Shown: piece by piece, positions 1 to 9,727 of the stretch
How positions within the stretch are numbered: position 1 is the stretch's first letter
Layout: each line of letters opens with the position of its first letter
NCBI GenBank assembly: GCA_965223905.1
Contig: CBDCXV010000010.1
Location: 704,001-768,000, forward strand
DNA: 64,000 nucleotides
Origin: Candidatus Latescibacterota bacterium
GTDB lineage: Bacteria > Latescibacterota > UBA2968 > UBA8231
Reading direction: 5' to 3'
Position numbers and translations under genes: made by a program
Notes under the pieces: model-generated
Seen by the model: only the letters and a program-made list of their open reading frames with translations
Told to the model about the DNA's origin: nothing
Databases searched by the model: none

Positions 1-1355
1 AACGACGACGTCATTCCCACGGTTCGCTCCAGGCGGGCGACGGCCATGTTGAAGTCGTACACCGCTCCGTAGTACCCCTGCTCGGTCCCGGCGAAGGCCT
101 CGAAAGCGCTGACCAGCTCCTTGACCTGCCCCGGGTCGAGCTCGTACTCGTCGCGGGCGGCACGCAGCCAGCGGCGCGCGGTGCGGCGCCCTTCGCGCGC
201 CGACTCCAGGCCGTCGCGGGCTCGCTCCCAGTCGCCGAAGGCCTGCTCGATTTCCAGCCGGATACCCTGGACCGCCCCGGTCTCCTTGGCGCGCAACTGG
301 TAGAGATCGGCCCTCGCCCGGGCCGCCTCCGCCCCCAGCAGCCCCCACTCGAACGACTGCCGCAGCCCGAGAAAGATGCCGCCGCTGAAATAGTTGAATT
401 CGTCCTTGACGAACGGATTGTGCTGGTCCGTCCGGTTGGGGGCGACGGCGTAGCGCACCCCCCCTGTCAGGAACAGCTGCGGCAGGTAAGCCTTGGCAGT
501 CGCCTCCTGCACGGCCTGCCTTGCGGCGATTCCCGCTCGCAACTGACGCCAGTCGGGCCGCTTCCTGAAAGCGAGGGCGAACAGCGAATCCCGGGGCGGC
601 ACCTCGGACGGGGCCGGCTCGATCCACTCCTGCTCGAGCTCCAGCGGCGCATCCTCCGGGATGCCCGCGGTCCAGGCCAGGGCCCTGCCCGCCAGCGCCG
701 CCCGGTCGACGGCTTCCCGCCGGCGCCGTTCCAGCTCGAGCAAGGCGAGCTCCAGCTTGTACGGCGCCGACAGCGGAATCGAGGGATCGTCCGGCGACAC
801 CTCCGCCCGGTGCCGGCGCAGCTCCTCGCCCAGACGCTCGGCGAGGGCTGCGAGATCCCTGGCGGCGAGAAGCCCGTAGTAGAACTCCTTGACCTGCAGG
901 GCGGCGTCGAGCTCGACGCCGGCAAGCGACGACTCCTCCACTTCGACCCCGGCGGCGGCCGCTTCCCGCAGGCTGCGCAGGTAACCGAAGGTGTAGAGCG
1001 GCTGCACGAACTGGAGCTCGGTGCGGTTGAAGACCCCGAGGGAACGCAACCCGGTGGTATCCACTGGCGGGTTGAACACGTCCCCCTCGGCGTCCGGAAC
1101 CAGCCCGGAGGCGCTCTCGAGCCGCAGCCTCGGCAGCAGCCCGGAGGCCCTGGCCTCGTCGAGACGGGCCTCGGCGCCGCGCACCCGCCATCTCCCCTCG
1201 GCGACTTCCGGGTTTTCCTTCAGGGCGCGGGCTACCAGCGCTTCGAGGGACCAGGGAGCCGAAGGCGGGGCCGGGGCCGACTCCGGCCCCGAGGCAAACC
1301 CCGGATGCCCGGACAGGGCGAGCGCCACCAGCCAGGACGGAATGCGCGCCGGCAT
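1..1355 (-). CDS. TolC-family outer membrane efflux protein (3' end runs off the window)
   Basis: Manual translation from ATG 1355: signal-like N-terminus, SLEALVARALKENPEV, LLPRLRLES, FVQPLYTFG, VKEFYYGLL and a C-terminal YDFNMAVARLERTVG, typical of OEP repeats. Not in the ORF track because the stop lies outside the window. Confidence 0.85.
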   Translation of the reverse strand, partial: MPARIPSWLVALALSGHPGFASGPESAPAPPSAPWSLEALVARALKENPEVAEGRWRVRGAEARLDEARASGLLPRLRLESASGLVPDAEGDVFNPPVDTTGLRSLGVFNRTELQFVQPLYTFGYLRSLREAAAAGVEVEESSLAGVELDAALQVKEFYYGLLAARDLAALAERLGEELRRHRAEVSPDDPSIPLSAPYKLELALLELERRRREAVDRAALAGRALAWTAGIPEDAPLELEQEWIEPAPSEVPPRDSLFALAFRKRPDWRQLRAGIAARQAVQEATAKAYLPQLFLTGGVRYAVAPNRTDQHNPFVKDEFNYFSGGIFLGLRQSFEWGLLGAEAARARADLYQLRAKETGAVQGIRLEIEQAFGDWERARDGLESAREGRRTARRWLRAARDEYELDPGQVKELVSAFEAFAGTEQGYYGAVYDFNMAVARLERTVGMTSS

Positions 1356-1357
1356 CG

Positions 1358-2416
1358 CTACCGCGAGGTGAGGCTGTTGCGAAGCGCGTCACCCGTCCCC
1401 GCGGCGGACTTCCGATCAGCGCCGAGATGGACGGTCACCGAGGAGCTGGCGGCGCGGCCGAGGTGGGTGAGAAAGAGCCAGCCGATCGAGATCCAGATGA
1501 TCTTGCGCATGCGCTTGACGATGGCGAGGGAAAGTCCGAGCGCCGGGTTCAGCCCGAGGGTGAGAAACAGGAAAACCCCGCCCCCTTCGAGGACGCCGAT
1601 GTTCGACGGCATGAAGAAGAAGAGGCTGTTGATGAGGACGGTCAGTGCAGTTATGAGGAAAGCGATCTCGAAATCGGTCCCCGCTCCGAGGGCCTCGAGA
1701 ATGACGTAGGTCTCGCAGGCTCCGAGGAGCCAGCCGAGGGCGTGGAAGAACATGACCAGGGCGAAGCGCGCTTTGTGCTCCCCGTAGAAGCGGCCGATGC
1801 TGGCGTCGGTGCGAACCGCGCTGTCCATCTGGCGGGCGGCGAAATCGCCGAGGCCGACCGCCCGGAAGACCGCCAGCAGCGACGAGAACATACTGCGGTG
1901 CTTGATGTACAGGGCGGCCATCATCGCCGCGGCCAGCAAACCCAGGACGCCGAGTCCGGCCTTGACCGGGAGCGGCAGGGCCTGCGGCAGATCCCAATGG
2001 GCGACGACGAGCCCGAGCCCGACAAGGGTGAACATCAGGCCGGTGAAAATCTGCGCCGTCTTGTTGACGACCACTGCAGCGAGGGATCGCGAAACCGGGA
2101 ATTGCTGCTTCAGCAGGAACGCCTTCAGAGGTTCGCCGCCGATGTTGGCCAGGGGGGTCAGCTGGTTGACGGCCTCTCCGGCGAGCTTGGCCATGAACAG
2201 GGTGCGCAGGCGCGGCCGGAAGGCGTCCGGCGGAAAGGCGAAACCCCAGGCGATGGAATTGGTGACGTGCCACAGGAAGGCGAGCGCGAGGACCGCGGGG
2301 AACCACCACCGCATCACCAGCAGGTTGTCGAGGATCTGCCGCAGGCCGAGGGTGCCGACGAGATAGCCGAGCAGCAGCAGGCCCAATCCGGGAAGCAGCA
2401 GGCGCAGGATCTTCAC
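1358..2416 (-). CDS. Lysylphosphatidylglycerol-synthase TM domain / UPF0104 flippase-like membrane protein
   Basis: GEAVNQLTPLANIGGEPLK, FFMPSNIGVLEGG and IVKRMRKIIW motifs; multiple TM segments; GTG start overlaps the upstream TGA (GTGA at 2413-2416). Confidence 0.85.
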   Translation of the reverse strand: MKILRLLLPGLGLLLLGYLVGTLGLRQILDNLLVMRWWFPAVLALAFLWHVTNSIAWGFAFPPDAFRPRLRTLFMAKLAGEAVNQLTPLANIGGEPLKAFLLKQQFPVSRSLAAVVVNKTAQIFTGLMFTLVGLGLVVAHWDLPQALPLPVKAGLGVLGLLAAAMMAALYIKHRSMFSSLLAVFRAVGLGDFAARQMDSAVRTDASIGRFYGEHKARFALVMFFHALGWLLGACETYVILEALGAGTDFEIAFLITALTVLINSLFFFMPSNIGVLEGGGVFLFLTLGLNPALGLSLAIVKRMRKIIWISIGWLFLTHLGRAASSSVTVHLGADRKSAAGTGDALRNSLTSR

Positions 2417-3819
2417 GGCCGCGACTTTCCGTACCCCGATGTGTCCTCGACCTGCAGCCTGTGGGCATGCAGCATCTTGCGCAGCGAAATCAGGACTCCG
2501 AGCGCCAGCAGGTGAAGGCCGCCCACGGTGTACCAGTAGAGGACGGCGAAGGCATCGGCGAGGCAGCAGACCAGGAACACGAAGGAGAAGGAGTCGCGCT
2601 TGGCAATGAAGGCGGAGGGCTCGAGTACGCGATACAGGATTCCCTTCTCGCTCTCGGGAACCTCCCTGGAGAACCCGACCATGTACTTCTGCAGCGAGCC
2701 GCTTCCGGTCTTCAAGGCGTAGGAGTACATGACCCCGAGTATCACGAACAGGGCCCCGACCGCGGAGAGGGCGAGGTAGAGATGGAGGGGCTGGTCCCCG
2801 TACACACGCTGGATCCCGAACAGGAATCCGACGTAGGCGCACAGGTAGGCGAAGTTGTCGGTCAAGGTGTCGAACCAAGCGCCGAACTTCGACTCCGACA
2901 GCTGCACCCGGGCGATCTCCCCGTCGCAGCGGTCGAGAACCGCGGCGAGCTGCCACAGCACCCCGGCGAGGGCGAAAAAGAGGTACTCGTCCGGCCGCGA
3001 TATCAGCCAGGCGCCGACGAGGCCGGGGGGCATGACGAAGAGGACGGTCACCAGGTGGGGTGAGATCCCGGTTTCGATCAGCAGCTTGCTGACCGGAATC
3101 GACATGCGGGCGTTGAGGTGCCGGGATACCGGGCCGCTCGTCGCCTTGGTCACCTGGGAGAACAGCATCGCCTTGGCCTGCCGCGACGTGCGGGCGTCGG
3201 CTACGCGCCGCCACAGCGGCCAGGCCTCTGCCACCGGCGCCGTGGCGACCTGCCGGCCGGCGCCGCGGTCCGCAAGGAAATCGGTCACCGCGGGGATTTC
3301 ATCGTCCGCTCGCCCGTTCCCGGCGGTCGCCACATCCGCGGCCCCGGCCGCGGCGCTGCAGAGAAAGGCCCCCGTCGCCACCGGAACTCCGGCCCCATCC
3401 CCGGCAAGCGGGTGCAGTCGCGCCGAACCGCGGCCTGCCGCGAGGTGGAGAGCCGGGTTTTGTCCGGGCGGAAGGGAACTGGTCTGCACCACGAGGTCTG
3501 CCCCCTGCAGGCCGCGCCCGGTCAGCTGGGAGAGCGAGGAGTGGTGATGAACGCAATCCCCCAGAAGAACCAGGACCCCCTCCCCGGGCGGAAAGGCGAG
3601 GGTCGGGGCGGTTCCCCAGGTCACGATCTCCAACTGCAGGTCGAGCCGGCGGGTGACCTTGCCCAGCTTCGTCGCCGCGCCTTCAGGGACGACCACGACG
3701 AGTCGCTCGATCCCGGCGCGGACCATGGTGCGAATGCCGCGCTCGAAGAGGCTGAGCCCGGCGCAGCGGCGCTCCGGACGCACCCCCCGGTCGAAGGCGA
3801 GTATGCCGTTGCGGATCAC
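2413..3819 (-). CDS. CDP-alcohol phosphotransferase with degenerate N-terminal NTP-transferase-like domain (DIPPS-like)
   Basis: Full canonical motif DRCDGEIAR...FGAWFDTLTD; KATSGPVSRHLNARMS and ISPHLVT; GTG start coupled to the upstream stop. Confidence 0.85.
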   Translation of the reverse strand: MIRNGILAFDRGVRPERRCAGLSLFERGIRTMVRAGIERLVVVVPEGAATKLGKVTRRLDLQLEIVTWGTAPTLAFPPGEGVLVLLGDCVHHHSSLSQLTGRGLQGADLVVQTSSLPPGQNPALHLAAGRGSARLHPLAGDGAGVPVATGAFLCSAAAGAADVATAGNGRADDEIPAVTDFLADRGAGRQVATAPVAEAWPLWRRVADARTSRQAKAMLFSQVTKATSGPVSRHLNARMSIPVSKLLIETGISPHLVTVLFVMPPGLVGAWLISRPDEYLFFALAGVLWQLAAVLDRCDGEIARVQLSESKFGAWFDTLTDNFAYLCAYVGFLFGIQRVYGDQPLHLYLALSAVGALFVILGVMYSYALKTGSGSLQKYMVGFSREVPESEKGILYRVLEPSAFIAKRDSFSFVFLVCCLADAFAVLYWYTVGGLHLLALGVLISLRKMLHAHRLQVEDTSGYGKSRP

Positions 3820-4589
3820 GCCGGATCCCCCGGGGAGGCGGATTCGGCGACCGCCGCCTCGAGCCGGGAGTAGCGGTCTATCTGACTGCGCACGTGGTCG
3901 AGGTCGGCGACAGTGTCGACGTCGGCGCAGGGTAGCCGGCCCATGTCGAGGTAGCTGACGTGGCGGCCCTTGTCGATGATGCCCTGAATGGCCCTCGGGA
4001 AGAGAGACCGCATGGCCCCGTCGGCCATGACGCACTCTTCGAGGATGGCGCGAATCCAGTCCACGCCGCGGCCGCTGAACCTCATGATGCCGACCGACTC
4101 CGCGGTGGTCTCGACGGCGCTCAGATTCTTGCCGATGCGGACGATGCCCTCGTCGCGGATGGCGACCTTCATGTCGTCGTCGTCATAGGTTTCCCGCCGC
4201 CGCACCATCAGGCAGCATGGAGAATCGGAGTGCGCCAGCAGCGGCAGCGCTGCGGGACTGAAGACGTTGTCCCCGTTGATGAGAAGGAAGTCCCCGTCCA
4301 TGAACGAGCGCGCCGCCCACAGGGAGACCAGGTTGTCCGCCACCTCGTGGAAGGGATTGGAGACCAAGTGAATCCCGATGTTCCCCGGGTAGGCCTCCGC
4401 GGCCTGGCCCACCTGGTTCATGCGGTAGCCGCAGACAAGCACCGCCTCGCCGACCCCGGCGACCTCGAGATTGCGCAAAAGGCGCTCGAGAATGGTGGCG
4501 TTCCCGATCGGGAGCAAGCACTTGGGCAGGTCGTCGGTGAGCGGCCGGAGCCGGCTTCCGCGGCCAGCTGCGAGGATGATCGCTTTCAC
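3816..4589 (-). CDS. NTP transferase (phosphocholine / inositol-1-phosphate cytidylyltransferase-like)
   Basis: KAIILAAGRGSRLRPLTDDLPKCLL, LLINGDNVF, DDDDMKV, AESVGIMRFS, ADVDTVADL; GTG start at 4589. Confidence 0.85.
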   Translation of the reverse strand: MKAIILAAGRGSRLRPLTDDLPKCLLPIGNATILERLLRNLEVAGVGEAVLVCGYRMNQVGQAAEAYPGNIGIHLVSNPFHEVADNLVSLWAARSFMDGDFLLINGDNVFSPAALPLLAHSDSPCCLMVRRRETYDDDDMKVAIRDEGIVRIGKNLSAVETTAESVGIMRFSGRGVDWIRAILEECVMADGAMRSLFPRAIQGIIDKGRHVSYLDMGRLPCADVDTVADLDHVRSQIDRYSRLEAAVAESASPGDPA

Positions 4590-4952
4590 ACTACTGTATC
4601 GGCGGGGCGAAGCTGGAAGTCCGAACCGGAGGTCGGACGGCCCGTGGTGAGTCGCTCGAAGGAAAGGCCGAAAGACCGCCGCAACCCGGATGAACGAAGC
4701 GCCGACGTGCGCTGCCGCGGGCTGTCGATGAAAGGGCTGCCTCCCTTTCGAAGCAGCCCCGAGCTCATCTGAATAAGCCAATAAAATGACGGCGGGTCAA
4801 TGAGATAGCCGGAATTTCAGACCGCTTTCGGGAGGCCCCGAAACAGTCGGGCGCCTCCCCGGGACGCGGTCTGCCATCGCGTTCGGCCAGCTGCCCCGGG
4901 AAGCTCGCCTCCAGTCCGTATATTTTGGGTTCGGCGCTTCCGGAAGGCCCCC

Positions 4953-5210
4953 TTGAACCGAGAAAGAGACAGACTGCTGATCTTCGGAACCGACTTCCCT
5001 CCCGAGTCGGTCGGAACCGCTGCGTACGCCTGCGCTCTCGCCACCGGAATGCAGCGGCGCGGAGTTCAGGTAACCGTGCTCACCCGGGAGTGTACCACCA
5101 CTGCCGGAAGCGACGCATTCGACCGCGCCCAGCCCTTTCCGGTGATCCGCATGCGTCGCGCGCCCGACGTTCCCAGGGCCTACCGACCTGTTTCTCCTGA
5201 CCAGGACTAG
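4953..5210 (+). pseudogene. Truncated N-terminal fragment of a GT4 glycosyltransferase
   Basis: LLIFGTDFPPESVGTAAYACALATGMQRRGVQVTVLT matches the N-terminus of the next gene; ends after 85 aa. Confidence 0.7.
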
Positions 5211-5327
5211 GCAACTGGGACCGTAGCTTCGGCTTCCGGTTCAGCATGGGCCATTTGCCATTTGTCTGTTTATTACGGCCGACCGTTGTTCTCCATGGAG
5301 GGATATGTCCAGCGGAGGCTCCGAAAA

Positions 5328-6485
5328 TTGAAGGTGCTTCTATTTGCCATGCGGTTTGCCCCCGAGCAGGTGGGAACCGCCCTTTACGCCTCGACCTTGG
5401 CGGCCGGTTTGACCGAGCGGGGGCTGGAGGTGACCGTGCTTTCTCCGTCCTACGGGTCTGCCGGCGGCGGGGAAGAGGACCTCGGCTACCGCGTCTGGCG
5501 CTGGGCGGGGCCCCGCCAGGCCTACTGGGTCTGGCGCTATCCTCCGGCCAGACGGGGATTGGCGTGCGCCCTCGACGAACTGCAGCCGGACGTGATCTGG
5601 GCGACAAACGGCATGGCGACCCGGGTGGCGGGTACCATGATTCCACGCCTGCGCATGTCCGTAATCGGGACGATTTACGGCACCGATATCCACAAGCGCT
5701 TCCCCGGGCGGACTCCCCGCACCTGGATCGAAAGCATACCGCAACGGCGGTTTTACGATCGCGCCGACGCCCTTTTGACCATCAGCCGGAATACCTTCGA
5801 CCTAGCGATGGCCAGCCGGATCGATCCGGAGAAGATGCAGGTGGTCTACCTCGGAGTGGACTCGCCCCCTGGAGCCGCCGAGCGCTGGCGCGGGGCGCGG
5901 GCACGGCACCCGGACTTGGCCGCCGCCCGCTTGGTCCTCACGGTCGGGCGACTGGTGCCGCAGAAGGGGCATCGGCTGCTGATCGAGGCGATGGATAGGG
6001 TAATGCGGACGCGGCCCGACATCCGCCACGTCATAGTCGGTGACGGCCCCGAGCGCGAGGCCCTGGCCACCCAGATCAGGAGCCTGCGGAGGGAGGAGAC
6101 CATCCGGCTGGTGGGGCGCCAAGAGCAGGAAGTCCTAGAGGACTTTTTCGCCCTGTCCCGCCTCTTTGCCCTGACTAGCCACGCTACCCACTCCTTCGTC
6201 GAAGGCCTCGGCTACGTGTTCCTCGAGGCGGCGGTGCGCGGTGTGCCATCCGTAGGTACCCGGCACGGGGGCATTCCAGAGGTGATCCGCCACGGGGAAA
6301 CCGGTTACCTGGTCGATCCGGACCCCAGGGCGATCGCCGACCGGCTCGGGGCGGCGCTGGACGACGAGGCCTCCTGCCGCCGGCTCGGCGACGCGGCCCG
6401 CGCTCGGGCGGAGCGTTACTTCACCACCGCTCGCATGGTGGAGGAATGTCACGGCGTCCTTATGCGGGTGGCCGGACGAGGATGA
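5328..6485 (+). CDS. Glycosyltransferase family 4 (GT-B)
   Basis: LTVGRLVPQKG, IVGDGPER and the EX7E motif EGLGYVFLEA; TTG start with GGAGG upstream. Confidence 0.9.
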   Translation: MKVLLFAMRFAPEQVGTALYASTLAAGLTERGLEVTVLSPSYGSAGGGEEDLGYRVWRWAGPRQAYWVWRYPPARRGLACALDELQPDVIWATNGMATRVAGTMIPRLRMSVIGTIYGTDIHKRFPGRTPRTWIESIPQRRFYDRADALLTISRNTFDLAMASRIDPEKMQVVYLGVDSPPGAAERWRGARARHPDLAAARLVLTVGRLVPQKGHRLLIEAMDRVMRTRPDIRHVIVGDGPEREALATQIRSLRREETIRLVGRQEQEVLEDFFALSRLFALTSHATHSFVEGLGYVFLEAAVRGVPSVGTRHGGIPEVIRHGETGYLVDPDPRAIADRLGAALDDEASCRRLGDAARARAERYFTTARMVEECHGVLMRVAGRG

Positions 6486-6489
6486 AGGG

Positions 6490-7770
6490 ATGAACGAAGC
6501 CCGCCCATCCTGGCCCTGGAGCTGCAGGGCGGGGAGGCCGAACGGGACATCAGGAATCTCGCCGGCGGCGCCTTGGCGACCTTCGCCGGCAAGCTTGGGC
6601 GGGCCTCCCGCGGCGCCTTCATCCGGGCCATAACCCTTGTTCTGCGGCATGGATGTGCAGGGCATATACACCACCGCATGGGGTCTCGTTTCCATCCTCA
6701 ACAAAATCGGTTCGGCATGCATCTGGCGTCGTGCGTTACCTGATCGAGGCGCGGACGGCCGGCGACCGCCGTGGCGAGGAACGGGCGCTGGGAACAGCGA
6801 TGGTCCTGGCCACCGCCGCCAGTCTGCTGGTGGCAGGAGCGGCCCTGGTCTGCGCGGACTGGTGGTGGCCATGACGGGACGGGACCTGTTCGAGCAGTCC
6901 ATCGCCACGGCCATTCGCCTCATGGCGCCATCGGCTCCCTTCCTGGCCCTGGCTTGGATCTTCATCGGCGCCACGAGCGCCCGGTGCATCATGCGCTACG
7001 ACGTATACGTCCTCTCAATTGCCGGTCCCTTGATGCTGCTCACCTGCGGGTTGGTTATCGGCCTGTTTGGCTTGGGATTGGTCCGCCATCGCTTGGGTGC
7101 AGCTGGCCATGGCGGTGGCCACCTGCCTCCTGGCCGCCTGCTACTTCAGTCACTTCCTTTCCTTGGCGCGCTGTTTGACCAGCATGCGTCGAGGCCTCTC
7201 CTGGAGGCCGATGACCCGGTTCTGCATGCCGGTGATGCTCGCCACCTGCTCTACAGCCTGCAGACCCAGATCGACGTGTTGATGCTGCCCTTTTTTCGCG
7301 AGTTGAAATCAAGTCGGTCTCTACGCCATCGCCAGCGTCATGCTGAAGGTGGCGCGGCCTTCGACCCCATGTTCAGCGCCATCGTCAGCGAGCCGTCGTT
7401 CCGCCGGCGCCACGACGATCTGGATTACCGCTTCTTCGTCATATCCCGCTGGATTCTCACCGTTAACCTGCCCCTGCTGGCCGCCTGTTCATCCTGGGGG
7501 AACCGATCCTGACCCTCTTCGCCGACGAAAAAGTTCGCGGCCTTGACGCCGGAGGAAATCGCCGCCGGCTTTCAAATCATGTACTTGCTCTGCGCCGGTA
7601 TGATGATTCAGGAGATCTTTGCCGTGGGACAGCCGCTGCTGACCATGACCGTGCGTCCTCATCTCCACATCAAGAACCTCATCTGGCTGGGAAGCAACGC
7701 CGGACTCAATGTCGCCCTGATCCCCCACTTCGGCTTCGTCGCCGCCCTCATCGCCAAGGTTCTGGCCAGG
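6490..7770 (+). pseudogene. Frameshifted, degraded paralog of the flippase at 11129-12790
   Basis: Segments in different frames match the intact copy (DIRNLAGGALATFAGKLGR, IMRYDVYVLSIAGPL, AIAWVQL, QIDVLML, ISRWILTVNLP, QPLLTMTVRPHL). Confidence 0.8.
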
Positions 7771-7779
7771 CGACGGTAT

Positions 7780-8027
7780 GGCGGCGCATGCTCGACTCCG
7801 GTCATCCCAACGTGGTAGCGGTCGACTCCCACCAGCCCCCGGCTGCCGAGCGCTTGATCGCCGACGGACGCAGGGAGGTATTTCCGGCCACCGCCTACGC
7901 TCCGCTCATAGAGGGGAAGACCCCGTTCGCAGTCGAAGGGGAGGACCTGCCGTGGGTGGAGATCGACTCGCTCGAAGACTTCGAGCAGGCTGTGGCACGG
8001 GTGCTGCCTTTCCTGGCGGCTGGTTGA
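7780..8027 (+). pseudogene. C-terminal remnant of an NTP transferase with internal deletion
   Basis: MLDSGHPNVVAVDS...ERLIADGRREVFPATAYAPLIE...EGEDLPWVEIDSLEDFEQAV matches 12787-13506 but lacks the N-terminus and the middle segment. Confidence 0.8.
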
Positions 8028-8033
8028 AGGGGA

Positions 8034-9299
8034 ATGGCAGCGGGATCGGAAGCGGCCGCGGCGCCAGTGCAATTCTGGATCGACGCCACTCGGCCGGCAT
8101 CAGGTTGGTCCCTGTGGGGTATGAGCTTGGCCGAGCGCCAAGTGCGCGAGGCGGCGTTGCGCCAATGTTCCTCCGTTCACCTCTGGGTTTCCGAGGAGAG
8201 CGAGGGGACGGTTCGTCACTTGCGGCGGGACTTGGCGAAGGTGTTTCGAGGAGAGGTCGTCTTCCATCAAGCGTCCATCGCCGCGGGCCTGAGTTCCGCT
8301 TCCGGTTCGGTGGTGCTCCTGGAAGGGGATGTGGTTTACGACCAGCGGGTGTTGGACCATCTGCTGGAGCTGGGACCCGGCCACGGGATTCGCGACGCGG
8401 AAGGCACGGCGGCGGTCTTCCTCGGACCGGAGCAGGCCCGTTCCCTTGGAGCTTCGTGGTCCGCAGGACCGTTAGCTCATAAGATTGCCCAACTGGGATT
8501 GGAACTCCTCGATCTGGAGCAACTCGACCATTACGTACCCTCCCTTCGGCTCACCATGCAACCGTTCATGCGGCGGTTGCGCCACCGCGCACAGCTTCCA
8601 GAATTGGAGCGGCTCATGTATCGGCGCTCCTTCAAGGGGGTGATTGATGCCGTCGCGCTATACGGCTACTATCACCTGGTGCGCTGGATTACTCGCCATT
8701 TGAGCCGCACGAGCCTCACCCCCAACCTGTTCACCGCGCTCTCAATCGTGGGCATCTGGGGTGCGATACCCTGCTTTGCAACCGGCCACCACGGCCTCGG
8801 CATTCTGGCCGCATGGGTGGGTGTAATTCTGGATTCCGTCGACGGCAAGCTGGCGCGCCTGAGGCTGCACCTGAGCGACGCCATGGGCGATTTCGAGCAC
8901 CTGGCGGCCATGCCTGGACTCGGGTTGTGGTACCTTTCACTGGGGTACTACCTCAGCGACAGGCAGTTATTCTCCGGCGCGCCCATGGCGATCGCCACCT
9001 GGATTCTGGTGGCCTCTTACCTGACCGACAAGGCGCTCAGCGGCGGCTTCAGAGCGCTCTACAAGCAGAAGTTCTTCGACTATCGACCAATCGATGCGGC
9101 CTTTCACCTGATCGCCTGCCGGCGCAACATCAGCCTGTTGATTTATAGCTTGGGCCTGTTGCTCAACGTCCCCCGGGAGGCCTTCTACGGGATGGCCGCC
9201 TGGATGGTAGTGGCCATGGTATTCCACGGCGTCCGCTTCGCCTCGATCGCAGCCACCGACGGTGCGGGGCTGCGGCGGGAGTTGGGACAGGGACCCTAG
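8034..9299 (+). CDS. CDP-alcohol phosphotransferase-like protein (non-canonical motif), paralog 1
   Basis: LTPNLFT, DSVDGKLAR...MGDFEH; degenerate NTP-transferase-like N-terminus (LLEGDVVYD); intact 421 aa. Confidence 0.8.
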   Translation: MAAGSEAAAAPVQFWIDATRPASGWSLWGMSLAERQVREAALRQCSSVHLWVSEESEGTVRHLRRDLAKVFRGEVVFHQASIAAGLSSASGSVVLLEGDVVYDQRVLDHLLELGPGHGIRDAEGTAAVFLGPEQARSLGASWSAGPLAHKIAQLGLELLDLEQLDHYVPSLRLTMQPFMRRLRHRAQLPELERLMYRRSFKGVIDAVALYGYYHLVRWITRHLSRTSLTPNLFTALSIVGIWGAIPCFATGHHGLGILAAWVGVILDSVDGKLARLRLHLSDAMGDFEHLAAMPGLGLWYLSLGYYLSDRQLFSGAPMAIATWILVASYLTDKALSGGFRALYKQKFFDYRPIDAAFHLIACRRNISLLIYSLGLLLNVPREAFYGMAAWMVVAMVFHGVRFASIAATDGAGLRRELGQGP

Positions 9300-9306
9300 G
9301 CCTAGC

Positions 9307-9558
9307 CTCGACAACAGCATCTTCTCGCTGCATCTCGCCCGGTCCTTTCTCGATTGCGAGACCTTTCTGTTCAACTGCGATATCGTTTTTTCAGCCCGCC
9401 CTGCTCGAGCGCACGCTCGCCGGCAAGCCGCCGAACGCCATCGCCGTCGATTCGCGGACGCCGCGCAAGGCCGACGAGATAAACGTCCGCATACGGGATG
9501 GAGAGCGGTCGCGGCCACCGACAAGAGCCTCGACCCGTCGAGCTGCCAAGCGCAGAGC
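9307..9558 (+). pseudogene. Second internal remnant of the NTP transferase
   Basis: Strong nucleotide similarity to ~13030-13280 (NSIFSLHLARSFLDCETFLFNCDIVF; KSLDPSSCQAQS) with frameshifts. Confidence 0.85.
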
Positions 9559-9727
9559 AACCGGGGATTCCTCTGGGGAGCACAGCCCGAAGAACCCTGT
9601 TTTTGTGTACCCAGCCTGAAAGGATCCCGGCACACCGCGAAGGTCCGGGTCTCAGCCTTGTCGATGTCCCATTCGGAACCGGACAGAATGACGGACGGGC
9701 GCGGGACAACCTGGAGCAGCGCGGGAA